A DNA stretch of 64,000 nucleotides, taken from IMG/VR virus record IMGVR_UViG_3300044846_005229, positions 1 through 64,000 of that record, one strand, 5' to 3'. This document shows positions 18,040-28,400 of the stretch, piece after piece. The position numbers and the translations under genes are program-made. How positions within the stretch are numbered: position 1 is the first letter of the stretch; the number at the start of each line of letters is the position of its first letter. The notes beneath the pieces are model-generated. The model saw only the letters and a program-made list of their open reading frames with translations. It did not search any database and was not told the origin of the DNA.

Positions 18040-18543
18040 TCAGAACCCAACATCAATCTCCTGCGCATCACCAGATTCTACCATCTCAGACCATGAAATG
18101 CAAGCGACCCCAATCGTGAATCTAACTTGAGTAGGGGTACTTCCTGCAAATTGTGCAACTTTTTTAAGCAAAGTCTGGTAGTATCTCACTTCACCTTCGA
18201 AATCACTCACTTGGAGAGACGGAATAATGACGCAAAGCGATAGGTCGTGGCCCTCCGTAATGAACTCTAGTAAATGACTTTCCCTGTGGATGATGGATTG
18301 AATAATGTCATTTTTATCCCTTCTTAACCTAACTAGGATTTCATTCCATTCGGGGCTCGATTGGTTAAAATCACTAATGGCGTCATCACTAGCTGCAAAA
18401 TTTCCAAAAGTTACTTGAGGTTCATCCGAAATCAACGTGGTAACCACAATGTGAGTTAGGTAGACACCGTCTGCTGAGGATTTCCCCCTTTTCTGAACAG
18501 AATTCTGGAGGTAAATTGCCGGGTCAATGTGTTTGTTTGTCAT
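18040..18543 (-). CDS. Hypothetical protein
   Basis: 167-aa ORF in operon orientation. Confidence 0.55.
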   Translation of the reverse strand: MTNKHIDPAIYLQNSVQKRGKSSADGVYLTHIVVTTLISDEPQVTFGNFAASDDAISDFNQSSPEWNEILVRLRRDKNDIIQSIIHRESHLLEFITEGHDLSLCVIIPSLQVSDFEGEVRYYQTLLKKVAQFAGSTPTQVRFTIGVACISWSEMVESGDAQEIDVGF

Positions 18544-18549
18544 TTTGTT

Positions 18550-18987
18550 TCAGGGTTTTTCGTAAGTTATGCTTCCACCATTGTTGATGATTTTGATGGG
18601 GTCATTGTGAAGGACGGCTCTGGTGTTGTTTTCAGTCCTATTGAGTCTGACGTTACCCTCTTTGCCGAATAGGGGGTGTTTAGCCAACAGGTCCCTAACA
18701 TGGCGTTTGGATTCAATGCTGAATGCCCCGAAATAACGGTCAACTGCGTTGTTTTCTGAGCCAGACGTTGTTGTTAGAGGGTTGTTGGGTCTAGGTTTTT
18801 CCGATTGGTTGCCTTTGGGGTATTCCTCCTTTAGGTCACCTTTTGGTTGGCTTAGGTCATCCCTGGATTTTACCTTTCTTTGAAGACTCTTACCAATTGG
18901 AAAAGAACCAGCAGCATTTTTATAGCCACCTGTTGAATTCAACGGTGTTGGAGTATCCGGTAAGTTAGACTCAAATAGTTCCTTCAT
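18550..18987 (-). CDS. Hypothetical protein
   Basis: 145-aa ORF, tight spacing. Confidence 0.55.
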   Translation of the reverse strand: MKELFESNLPDTPTPLNSTGGYKNAAGSFPIGKSLQRKVKSRDDLSQPKGDLKEEYPKGNQSEKPRPNNPLTTTSGSENNAVDRYFGAFSIESKRHVRDLLAKHPLFGKEGNVRLNRTENNTRAVLHNDPIKIINNGGSITYEKP

Positions 18988-19009
18988 TGTGGGATACCAC
19001 CAATGGACA

Positions 19010-19411
19010 TCAGGTTAAAGGTAACCGCAAGCTAGGCAAGAATCCGAGGCATAGCCCCGAAACTTTATCATTCACTCTCCTGACACCAACAATATAGTTG
19101 GAAGAAAAATACTCACCGGGTTGTGGGATAACGTAGTTATACTTGACAATCTGCCAAATTGGAACCAGAAAAAATGCATGTTCCAGGTCTTCGATGCCCT
19201 TTACACACAATTTAGCCAGGAGTCTAGGGGTATAGAGCTGGCAGTAGGTTTCTACTTCTTGTACAGTCCCGACTTTATCGTAAAGATTAGCGGGGTCATC
19301 GATGCAACTGAGACCTTCCGATTCTAGTTGTTCTTTAAGTCTTAGTTGCTTTTGGCATTCGTATGTAAATGAGTCCACGAAAGTATCCTGGTCGTTTGTA
19401 TGTAAGTTCAT
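19010..19411 (-). CDS. Hypothetical protein
   Basis: 133-aa ORF overlapping helicase stop (ATGA-type). Confidence 0.55.
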   Translation of the reverse strand: MNLHTNDQDTFVDSFTYECQKQLRLKEQLESEGLSCIDDPANLYDKVGTVQEVETYCQLYTPRLLAKLCVKGIEDLEHAFFLVPIWQIVKYNYVIPQPGEYFSSNYIVGVRRVNDKVSGLCLGFLPSLRLPLT

Positions 19412-22355
19412 ACTTTTACCCCCTTCGCTTCAAACATTTTTTCGCAAGCTTCTTTCCTAAGAATTTCAGCCCTATCTGGTGAATAGCCCTCGTTTGCCAT
19501 CCATTTGTCTTGGCATTTAGCTTTGGGATCAAGGATCCTATTTTTGTAGACACCTTCGACTTCACCCAATAGCCCGATTGCCTCGCGGACTAGGTCCTCT
19601 TGGGCATAGCGGCAGTTTTCCCAGTTTTCGATGATGTAGGAAGCTTCGCCACCAATTTTAAAGCCATCCCTAAGGACTAACTTTTCAATCATCTCCTTGA
19701 TGATCATCAGGGAAGTTTTTTCTTTAGTTTCTTTCCTGGCGCCAGTAGTCTCATCAAAGAGCATTTCCCGGCCAAGTGAAATTGACTTCTTGACTGATTC
19801 CCACCTTAGCTCCCTGAATCCCTGATAGTAGTGAGTAGATGGCCTACCTACATTGCACCAGTTATCTTTAAGTAAAGGCATTAAGTGTTGGCAACTGGGG
19901 TCAACCCCCACAAAATAGAGGCTCTCTAAGTAATCATAGAGGACGTTGGGTGTCAATTCTGGCATTCTTTCATCTATGTTTCCTGTGCGGATAAAATGAG
20001 CAAACGCCATAGCATTGACTAGGGCCTGGGTAACATCAGCCTTGAATCGAATTCTTTGCCGAGTCGTCCAATAACGGACTTCAACTTGGAGGCGATTGAT
20101 GGTGGGATCGGAGTCGTCGTTGATGATGTCTAGGAACCTATCAGTACAAAGCCTTAAGCACCATAGATACAAAGCATCTTTGCTTACCCCTAGTTTTTCT
20201 TCGAGGAACGGTATATGAGACTTTGGCCTGAGGTCAGGGGTGCCTTCAGATACGGTGCCTTCCAGATTTTCCTTGTTTTTTGCTACCTCATATTCTCTGA
20301 ATGTGCTGATTAGCTTGATGCGGTCAATACCTTGTATTAAAGAAAGGTCGTTAATCTTTCCCCAGGGGTTTACCCTGCTGAATGTTACCATTCAGAGTAG
20401 ACTATATCTTCACCCTTCGTTTCCTTTAGGTTGGAAGGGGACACTCGTTTCGAGTCACTTGACCCTACTCCCTCTCGGGATAGCCGTTCGGCGTTTAGTA
20501 ATTTATCCAACTGGTAACTATACTTGAGACCTATTGAATAAATTCCATTTAGCACGGGATTGTCCTTATAGCAAGGAGTTCCCCCGTTTAGAGTGTGTTT
20601 TTTACTGAGCGTTACCGCCCAGGGGAACTAGAGAGTTAATCCCCGGATCGAGGTCATAAGCAAACTTACTATTCCAATCATTGGAGTTCAGGAGCATGAC
20701 GGTTTTTGGCCAGATTTGCTCTGAAGTTTGGAACTTGTCTTCTACTTGTAATACCATGTGTTCAAACGGTTTCGCTAATTCCGTCCCGGGATTTAACCCA
20801 GCTAAATGTTACCATTTAGAGCAGACTATATCATATTCCCTTAGGAATCTTCCCGTTTCGGATCGCTTGATCCTACTCTCTTTCGAGATAGTCGTTAGGC
20901 TTCGTATCCCCATGGTTTCATGCCTTTACAGCAGAAAACTCTGAAGATACCTTAGCACGGTAGGTTGCCCTTAAGTATCAAAGGGTATTCCCCGTTTAGA
21001 GAAGTTTTCTCTAGGACATTACTGACCTAGGGGGCTACTAGTTAACCCATTCGTAATCATAATCTTAGTCTCCTCAGCAGAAAGGAATTTCTTAAGAGAA
21101 GATAAGGATGTGTCGTCTTTATCCTATTGTTCGGTCAAACTTCGTTACAGTTCAACCCGAGGTTTCCCTCAGCTACAGGTTTCCCAGTAGAGCAGACTAT
21201 ATCTTCATCCCTACTTTCATAGGGAGCTTCGCGTTTCCCCTCACTTGAGGGTACGGAGTAAACTCCTAGTCGTTGAGCCTCTTTAACATGTTGGTACCAT
21301 ATTGAAGTTGGCTGCTGATTGCCCATTGTTTCATCCTCTAGGATTATTAGTTAGTGTTGAGCCAACTACCCGAGGCTCTTAGGGGTTTCCAGCAAATAGC
21401 GAAGTTTTACTTGCGCAAAAGTCTACGCAATGTCACTCATCGCAAAGGACTTAACACCAAATCGTTCTTCAGTGGACTTAAAAGTCCAGATCGAAAATCC
21501 GCATTTGGAAAAAGCAGCAGTCATACTGTTAAAGCATTCGGATTTCCCAAGTCCAGGGTCCTTACCAACTACAACCCCTGCCATACGGGCAGTATGTTGA
21601 ACTGCCTTGTCCTTACCTGGTGGGAGGTGATTAGATCTACCTACCCCAATCCTCCCAATAATTAGCTTGAGAATTTCTAACTCAGCTTCTGGAAAAATCG
21701 TAAATACATCCGACAATTTAACCTGACGAAGCACAGGATCGAACCAATCCCTGTCCGGGACCCAAATCCGGGGATTAGTTACAACAGTTCCCCCCAACCT
21801 GGCCATCGGATCAAACGTATGGGCAAAATCAAACTCTGGGTAGAAATTTTTCGATTGGCTGATTTTTTGCATCTTCAACAGACGGGCCGTAAAAGAAGCT
21901 AGATCGCTATCGCCTGGTTTCGGACGGTGTAGCGGCTCCCAGAAAGTTCGAACTTCATCTTCGCACAACCCAGGATAAAACACCTTCTCAATGTCTTCAA
22001 AATCTGCCATTTCGGTGATGTCTTGAAGTGGTTTGAAGGTATGGGGATACTTAATCCCTTTGACTTCCGGGGGGGCCGCAGGTTTTAGGATCCGGTGATT
22101 AACGTGGGGTGCCCCTTCTACGAGGTCTAGGATGTAACCCTTCGCCTTTAGTAGGGCAATACCCTTATTATACAACTCACTTACCCTGACAGGCTCTTTT
22201 TTCTTCTTACCTTTCTTGTCTTCGGAGTCTTTTGGATTCTCCCCCTCGTCTTTTTCTGAGGAAAAAACCCTAGCCTTCTTCAATTCTTGGGCTTGATTGA
22301 AAATGGCGATTTCTTGTTTGGTACTCCCTGTACCACCTGAATAGGGGTCTGGCAT
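19408..22355 (-). CDS. SF3 (D5/P4-alpha-like) DNA helicase, spliced: join(22355..21425, 21122..21045, 20753..20639, 20329..19408), 681 aa
   Basis: Exon 1 carries Walker A GKDPGLGKS; splicing restores Walker B (DIAYKDD), TNGLLQVEDKF, motif C (MLLNSN) and DPGIIDR. Exon lengths 931+78+115+922 = 2046 nt = 682 codons in frame. Confidence 0.85.
20330..20638 (-). ncRNA. Group I intron 3 (IA2-like, 309 nt, no ORF)
   Basis: P1 GGGGAU/GUUCCC with U.G at splice site; P3 ACACUC/GAGUGU; P7 GGCUA/UAGUC; P7.1 and P7.2 hairpins; J8/7 AAGAUAUAGUC; terminal G at 20330. Confidence 0.88.
20754..21044 (-). ncRNA. Group I intron 2 (IA2-like, 291 nt, no ORF)
   Basis: P1 GGGU/GCCC; P10 UAGUA/UAUUA; P3 CUUCUC/GGGAAG; P7 GACUA/UAGUC; P7.1 UCUC-GAAA-GAGA, P7.2 GGAUC-AAGC-GAUCC; terminal G at 20754. 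Confidence 0.9.
21123..21424 (-). ncRNA. Group I intron 1 (IA2-like, 302 nt, no endonuclease ORF)
   Basis: P1 UUGCGU/GCGCAA; P (UUUGCUGGAAA), Q (AAUCAGCAG), R (UCAACGACUA), S (AAGAUAUAGUC); P3 CUUCGC/GCGAAG; P7.1/P7.2; terminal G at 21123. Confidence 0.9.
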
Positions 22356-22384
22356 TTGGTTTCTAAAGTAGTTTAGTGGTCGGA

Positions 22385-22413
22385 CAAAGAAAGACCCCGG
22401 TTGATGCCGGGGC
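22385..22413 (-). terminator. Rho-independent terminator after 22447..23421
   Basis: CCCCGG-CATCAA-CCGGGG stem-loop followed by TCTTTCTTTGT on minus strand. Confidence 0.65.
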
Positions 22414-22446
22414 TAGTTTTAATCCGGGTCAGTTCCCTCGTGGAGA

Positions 22447-23421
22447 TCAGAAAGCGAGAGAGAAGCTTTCGGGGTCTTCCACGAATGTTTGGCATCTCAG
22501 GACGCATTTTGCGGTTGGGAAGCCATTGTAGTCCCCATGCTCAGTGACTTTGAGCACAGCAGGAGAGTCAGGAGTAATAACTGGATCAGCAGCTAATGTC
22601 TTCTTGAGGGCATTGTTAGGTTCAACGATAGCCCAATCAGAGACCTCCCTTTCTTCGGTGACCCATTCACCTTCAACTTGAGTGCGAATCGGAGCAACAA
22701 AGGGCTCGGAAACTTGCACTTGCATGAAGTACTTGGTCCCGTATTGACCACCTTCTTTGGCACGGTAAGTCGTTACGTTGTACTCACCAAGGGGCAAATG
22801 TGCTACCTTAAGAAAAGGTCCAACCATGCGCTCGCCGGTACCGAGAGATTCACCGCGCTTGCTGAGGTCACTTGCGATTTGGACTTTTTCAGCAATTGCT
22901 TCGGGATTCTCACCGAGGAGCAGATCCAGTAGTTCTACTGAGATTTTATCTTCGTAGTCAGCGGAACGGATGGGAATTGGCAGCGTGTACAGGGTACCAT
23001 CAGCGGTTGCTGAAACTGCGAGAGCAGGTTCTTTGTATTTGCCAATTTGTTCTTCCTTGAAGGAAAGTTTGGTTCCCTTCCCGATGTTTTCGGTGGTGAT
23101 TTTATCTGTGCTTACTAGCAGGGGGATGTCACGATCACCCCAACGGATGACTAGTCCTCTTTCTTCCGTAGAGAAGACAGTAGGAGAGTAAAGGCGCTTG
23201 AATACACCGTTTGCATCCGCACGAACAGTAAATGTGTTGGACTCCATGTCAAAATCTTCGCCAGTCAATGCTTTGAAGATAGTGGCAAGGCCCAGACGGT
23301 ATGTCTCAGGGAGAGCTTTGTTCGGGATGTCGGTGTATGCCTTGACGTAGGTTTTAGACTCAAGGCGAGCGCGATTTTTGTCGTCGAGTTGAGGATTGAT
23401 TTTAAGTGTTGTTACGGCCAT
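22447..23421 (-). CDS. Hypothetical replication protein, possibly ssDNA-binding
   Basis: Likely start MAVTT at 23421; adjacent to helicase; acidic-aromatic tail EDPESFSLAF; own sigma70 promoter. Confidence 0.4.
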   Translation of the reverse strand: MAVTTLKINPQLDDKNRARLESKTYVKAYTDIPNKALPETYRLGLATIFKALTGEDFDMESNTFTVRADANGVFKRLYSPTVFSTEERGLVIRWGDRDIPLLVSTDKITTENIGKGTKLSFKEEQIGKYKEPALAVSATADGTLYTLPIPIRSADYEDKISVELLDLLLGENPEAIAEKVQIASDLSKRGESLGTGERMVGPFLKVAHLPLGEYNVTTYRAKEGGQYGTKYFMQVQVSEPFVAPIRTQVEGEWVTEEREVSDWAIVEPNNALKKTLAADPVITPDSPAVLKVTEHGDYNGFPTAKCVLRCQTFVEDPESFSLAF

Positions 23422-23479
23422 TTTGTTCTTTGAGTAGAATGTGTGGTCCCATGCTCTATTGCTTGGCACATTCATCTCT

Positions 23480-23507
23480 ATTGTAGTAAGGTGCCCCCGA
23501 AAGTCAA
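23480..23507 (-). promoter_or_regulatory. Sigma70-type promoter
   Basis: TTGACT-16 nt-TACAAT on minus strand. Confidence 0.6.
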
Positions 23508-23516
23508 CGGGCCTAA

Positions 23517-25418
23517 TCAGAAGAGCCTGTTTGCCACAAAATACTCAAACCACTGATTTGCAATTACCATGCCCCCCAAGCCAAAAGTAGCGTATGCGGA
23601 ATTTGAGTCACTTTTTGGTTTCTGCCCATAGGAAGTCAAGTACCGATAAAAATCCGACTTTGTTGAAACTTTGACTAACGAGCTATTGCCTGGATATTGT
23701 ATGACCGCCGAGTTGAACTCCCTTTGTTCTGCTGCTGTAAGGGCCCTACCTAGGGGTTTTGCAGCAAGGTTAGGGTTGGGGTTGGGGTTGGGGGGAGGGT
23801 TGGTTAAAAATGTTGAGGGTTGGTTGGGTGGCCGGTTGAGGGTTGGTTGGGCGGGAGCCGGTTGAGTGGTCGGTTGTGATTGAGATATGGACTTGGCAGT
23901 TGCTGCCTCCTGAGAATTCAACTTAAACGAACCAGGACCCGTTGCAGCGTAGGCAAATACGTCATCCAATGACCAAGCATACCTGACCCAATTTTCTATA
24001 GAACCATACTTACCAACTAACCCCAGGGTATTAACAGCAACATCCAACCAATTTTTACCAATTTGTGGGTTCATAAAAGTGCCGAGGCCATTCGTCCTTG
24101 AGGCTTGGATAGAAAGATTCACTCCGCCATCGCTTTGTTCGTACTCAACTGAGTTAACAATCCAATCTTCCATGGACCCCCCAGAGAACCCAGGAATAAA
24201 TATTATGTCGCATGGTTTAATGCCAGTCAAAGCAGGGCACATAAACAAATTTGCAGAAAGTTTAGCAGTTCGTTCTCTTTGTAGAAGGTGCTTTTTAAAT
24301 TCCCCCTCCTCATTACCTTCTAACCTCATTCCTGGTCTAGACATGGAGCCAAAGGTTCCACCTGCACCGTTTGTGTTTTTAGCGTTTTGTGTTACTTGAT
24401 TTTTTAAGTCTTGGGTTGATTTAAAGGTAAATCCAGTTTCGCCCAGTGTTATATCAAATCTTTGAACTTTGGGGTTAGTGCTCCTGGTGTTTCGTCTGGT
24501 TTTTTGTCCGGGGGACCATTCTGAAGTTTTTGTCATAGAGTCTATCATAGCAGGCCCTAAGAAATATCCAAACCGTATAGCCGGGTATGTATAAGATCGC
24601 TGGCCAGGTGGTCTATAGCCAACTAGCCTGGAGTAGTCGTCTTTAGTATAACCCATTTCCACTAACTTACCGTTTTCTAATTTTTTACCGAGCCAAGAAT
24701 ACGGAGGAAATATAACTACTCCAGGTAAATCACTAGACACATACCCACTATTTCCCGATGGCAATCTGCTCATTAAATTGTGGAAAAAAGCTATGTTTCC
24801 ATTCTGTCCTACAATATTTTCAACCGACTGGGAGAATGTGGTTCCTTCGGAGTAATTTGACAGGACTTTAACTTTTCCTAGCTCCTCACCCACTTTGTCT
24901 GCGAAAGAAATTAAGGTTTTAGGAGTTGTATTATTAGGGTAGAGACTATTAAGTGCCTCTTTTATGCCAAAAAGTTGTTCAACGCTATCTAATGCCCTAA
25001 GGAGGGTTACACCATTTTCAACAGTGACAAAGCTCTTTATGTAACCTTCACAGAGGCCATCCAACTCAGAGTAAAGGCGAACGGTGATGTCCATGTTGCG
25101 CCCATAGCTCTCTGTCTGTCCAGCCCACACAAAGGAAAACGCAATGGCAGGGCCACTCGGATAGTAGTACTTAACGACGATGGTCTTATCATATTTATCC
25201 CTAACGAGACGCTCATATTCCCTATAGGCTAATGCGCTAGGATTCCAACTCATGGACCCTGACGGTGTTTGGCCCTCCTCATGGATGTTGACTTTTACAT
25301 TATAAACCAATGGTTGCGGCCCATCAGACCCTGGCCATTTCTCTGCGCCTTTAAAGAAGGTGATATTCTCGTCTCCCCAATAAACTTCGCAGCGTGGTAT
25401 CAGTAAATCTCCGCCCAT
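23517..25418 (-). CDS. Baseplate hub-like tail protein
   Basis: Follows tape measure; GIKPCDIIFIP...W.V.SVEYEQS.GG....I.ASR resembles hub/late-control-D C-terminal fold; Pro/Asn linker. Confidence 0.5.
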   Translation of the reverse strand: MGGDLLIPRCEVYWGDENITFFKGAEKWPGSDGPQPLVYNVKVNIHEEGQTPSGSMSWNPSALAYREYERLVRDKYDKTIVVKYYYPSGPAIAFSFVWAGQTESYGRNMDITVRLYSELDGLCEGYIKSFVTVENGVTLLRALDSVEQLFGIKEALNSLYPNNTTPKTLISFADKVGEELGKVKVLSNYSEGTTFSQSVENIVGQNGNIAFFHNLMSRLPSGNSGYVSSDLPGVVIFPPYSWLGKKLENGKLVEMGYTKDDYSRLVGYRPPGQRSYTYPAIRFGYFLGPAMIDSMTKTSEWSPGQKTRRNTRSTNPKVQRFDITLGETGFTFKSTQDLKNQVTQNAKNTNGAGGTFGSMSRPGMRLEGNEEGEFKKHLLQRERTAKLSANLFMCPALTGIKPCDIIFIPGFSGGSMEDWIVNSVEYEQSDGGVNLSIQASRTNGLGTFMNPQIGKNWLDVAVNTLGLVGKYGSIENWVRYAWSLDDVFAYAATGPGSFKLNSQEAATAKSISQSQPTTQPAPAQPTLNRPPNQPSTFLTNPPPNPNPNPNLAAKPLGRALTAAEQREFNSAVIQYPGNSSLVKVSTKSDFYRYLTSYGQKPKSDSNSAYATFGLGGMVIANQWFEYFVANRLF

Positions 25419-25435
25419 TTTATCCCCCCCCTTGG

Positions 25436-28400
25436 TTATGCGTAATGGTTTCTCATTTGTTCAACTGCCATGCTAAGCCTCGTTACGACAATAGTTGCCA
25501 GTTCTTCTGGGTCTTGGCCCGGTTGTTGATAGATGGTGATAGGGGCATTTATATTCATTCCTCCAAATCCCTCTGAGGAGTTCATGGTGTAGGTAGCTAC
25601 CTTAGCCCCGGCAGGCATCATTTTTTTCTCCCAGGCTTCTGCTTGTTGGCGGGTAGAGAAAAACGCAGGATTTGACGAACCTGGGGCCATGGCCACGCTA
25701 CCTTTGCCGGATAAGTCCTGTTGGGTGTACTGCCGTAGATACTGGTCATACATTTTTTTCAGTGTGTCATAGGACTTCACTGGTTGATTATAATAGCTTT
25801 TACCGGATAAAGTTGGGAATGATGCCCACTCCGGTGCTAATTTATTAATGGATGAGGGAGAAAAATCAAATGAAGATAAATTTATACCTCTGCGGGCTAT
25901 TAATTGCAAAGCCATTCTATCTTGATCAACTTCTGTAAAGCGACCACCACCTAAACTCTTGTATGTGTCTGGCATTATCTGGTAAGCCCCAGCCGCAGCA
26001 GATGCGTACCCCCCCGACCTTATAACTTTGTCTGGGTGCCTAGACATGTCGGAAAACATACTTCCTCCAAATAAAGTTTGATAGCCCCTTGGGCCGGACG
26101 TTCCTTCCGCAAATCTAATTACCGATAATAGGGCTTTAAGTTTGGGGGACAATGACCCCATTGCTATGGTGCCAGATGATCCGGCCAGCAAATCCAGACC
26201 CATTAGACTACGGGATGAACTACTAGCCTGTTCATTCTTCAGGGTGGTGCTAATCTGCTCCAAAGCAAATAACATACTATTTAGAATATCCATCTTGTTG
26301 CTAATTACAAAGAGGGCCGACTTTAGATTGCCTAAGGTAGTTGCGGATGTTTGGGTATTTTTTGCGGTTCTGGCGGTTTCAGTTGCGGTTCTGGCGGTGT
26401 TGGGGTTGATTTTGGCTATGTTTGTTGCTGTCTGGACATTGGATGTTGCGGCAGCAGTTATTTGAGCTGGAGACGGCCCCCCGGTGGCAGAAGTAGTTGA
26501 GCCACTTGGTTTTCCACCTAATATGGCCTTGGCTTCTTCTATGTAAGCCTTCAGTTCAACAATTCTATAAATGTCTAAGTTCTTTTTGGTATTAATTTCT
26601 GCTTGGGCCCCCGTAATACCTGATTTCAGGACACCAGACCCCCTTAAACTATCGTTATAGGCATTGATTCTGGCCCTACTTGACATTTCCCCACGTTTGG
26701 CTTCATCAAAATCTTTCCAAGCCCCTGGCTGATTGAATTTCATTCTAACCCAAGCCAAAAGGGTAGCTAACCCCTTGAGTCCCATCTCTAGTGCCTGGAA
26801 AGCCAAAGTAAAAGGGGCCATGGCTATCCCCATAGCATTTATTCCAGGAACTGCTTTACCAAGAGCCCTACTCAAATCTCCGAATAATTTAAAAACGATC
26901 TCAACAGATTTCATCAACCCCTGGAAAGAACCCCAAATGTTCTTAAAAATTTCTGACAGTGGTTTCTCCAACAGTTGCCCAAATTTAGCACCTAATACAG
27001 CACCAAGCAAAGGTCCTACAATGGGAATCCACCCCAACAGCACTGACCCAATTGCAGCGCCAATCGCCGGACCAGCGCCAGATGCCAAAGAGTCAAATAC
27101 ATTCTTCCCTTGAAACAAAGAAATTATAGTCTGCAACGCAGCCCCAAATAAAAGGAGTCTCCCTGAAAGCCCTCTGAAGGTTTCTCCGATTTTAGCTATG
27201 TTGGTGGCCGCTACACCCCGAGCTAATCCCCCTATATTAGCAGCCCCCCCCATAGCTAACCCTGATACCGACCGGGCCAACCCCAAACCAACCGACCGTG
27301 GTGCGCCGGAAATAACCCCCGGTAAACCCCTGACAGTAGCCGAAGCCCTGGCCATTAACCTAGGGGCTGCACCCAAACCCCTCTCAATAAAGGTTCCAAG
27401 CCTACCAAATAATGATAACAATCCGAAAGTAATAATCTGCTGAATGATGGGCATACCGACAGTTAATGCTGCCAATATGGACATTTGCATCGGGGCAGCT
27501 TGGAACAAGGTTTGTATCGTATTGCCAATTACCTTAAAGAGGGACTCAAATACTAACTTAACTCCTTCAGACCCTTTAGTCGCTTTCCAACCTTCAGCCA
27601 AACCTTCGGCGAATGGCCCTGTCGCCACAATATTTGTAGCTCCGGACATAATGTCGCCTAGCATTTTGATGGTTGATCCAATGGCACCGCCAATGGTTTT
27701 ACCGATGAAATAGGGGAAATCTGTCTGGAATAGTTTTGCGAATAGGTCTTTAGTGATTCCCGCCAAATCCGCATTTGGCCTCATTAATTTTTCCCTGACG
27801 CCGTAGAATCCCTTTAAACCAAACTTATCGTCGAGGACCCTAATAAAATTAGTTAAGGCCAGAACAAAACCTCTTGCACCAGCCGTCTTCTTAATTGCTT
27901 GCCCTGCGGGGGAATTTAAACCCATACTATTGGCAATATTTTCGAATCCCTTGGTGTAGTAAATAAAGTTCCTATAAAAATCTTGAGCCGCATTCATCAT
28001 GGGCATCATCAACTCAGCAATACTCCTCAATGGGTCCCAAATTTGGGGCAGTATCGCCGTCAACTCACTAAGTGGCAAACCGAAACCCTTTATGATTTTA
28101 GAAATTATTTCAAATAAACTATAGTCTTCTTCTGCTGCTAGTGCCGCATCTTTAACCACTTGCCCTTGTTTATTTAGGTAACGACCATACTCATCAATTG
28201 ACTTGCCAATTTTACCAAATTTTCTACCAAGACCAAATAGACCTACCTCCGGGTCTAAGAAGGAAGATCTAAACGCTTCGAGGAAACCACTTGTCGAGTT
28301 TTTATATGCCTGAATGACCTCATTTGGTAGGATCATGTCAAGCAATTCCATGACGACTCTAACCCGGTCAGGCCCCCCTGCTTTTGTGGCCGCTAGTTTC

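Noticed and set aside
20330-20391. ORF-track start MVTFSRVNPWGKINDLSLIQG for 19408..20391
   Set aside because: These codons are the P9 region of intron 3; the real coding sequence resumes at 20329 as exon 4.
21135-21326. 63-aa ORF inside intron 1
   Set aside because: Runs through the P5-P9 ribozyme core; no nuclease motif; incidental.
21423-21425. TAG read-through or recoded stop in the helicase
   Set aside because: The T is the last exon base and AG starts intron 1; other genes end normally at TAG, so no sign of an alternative code.
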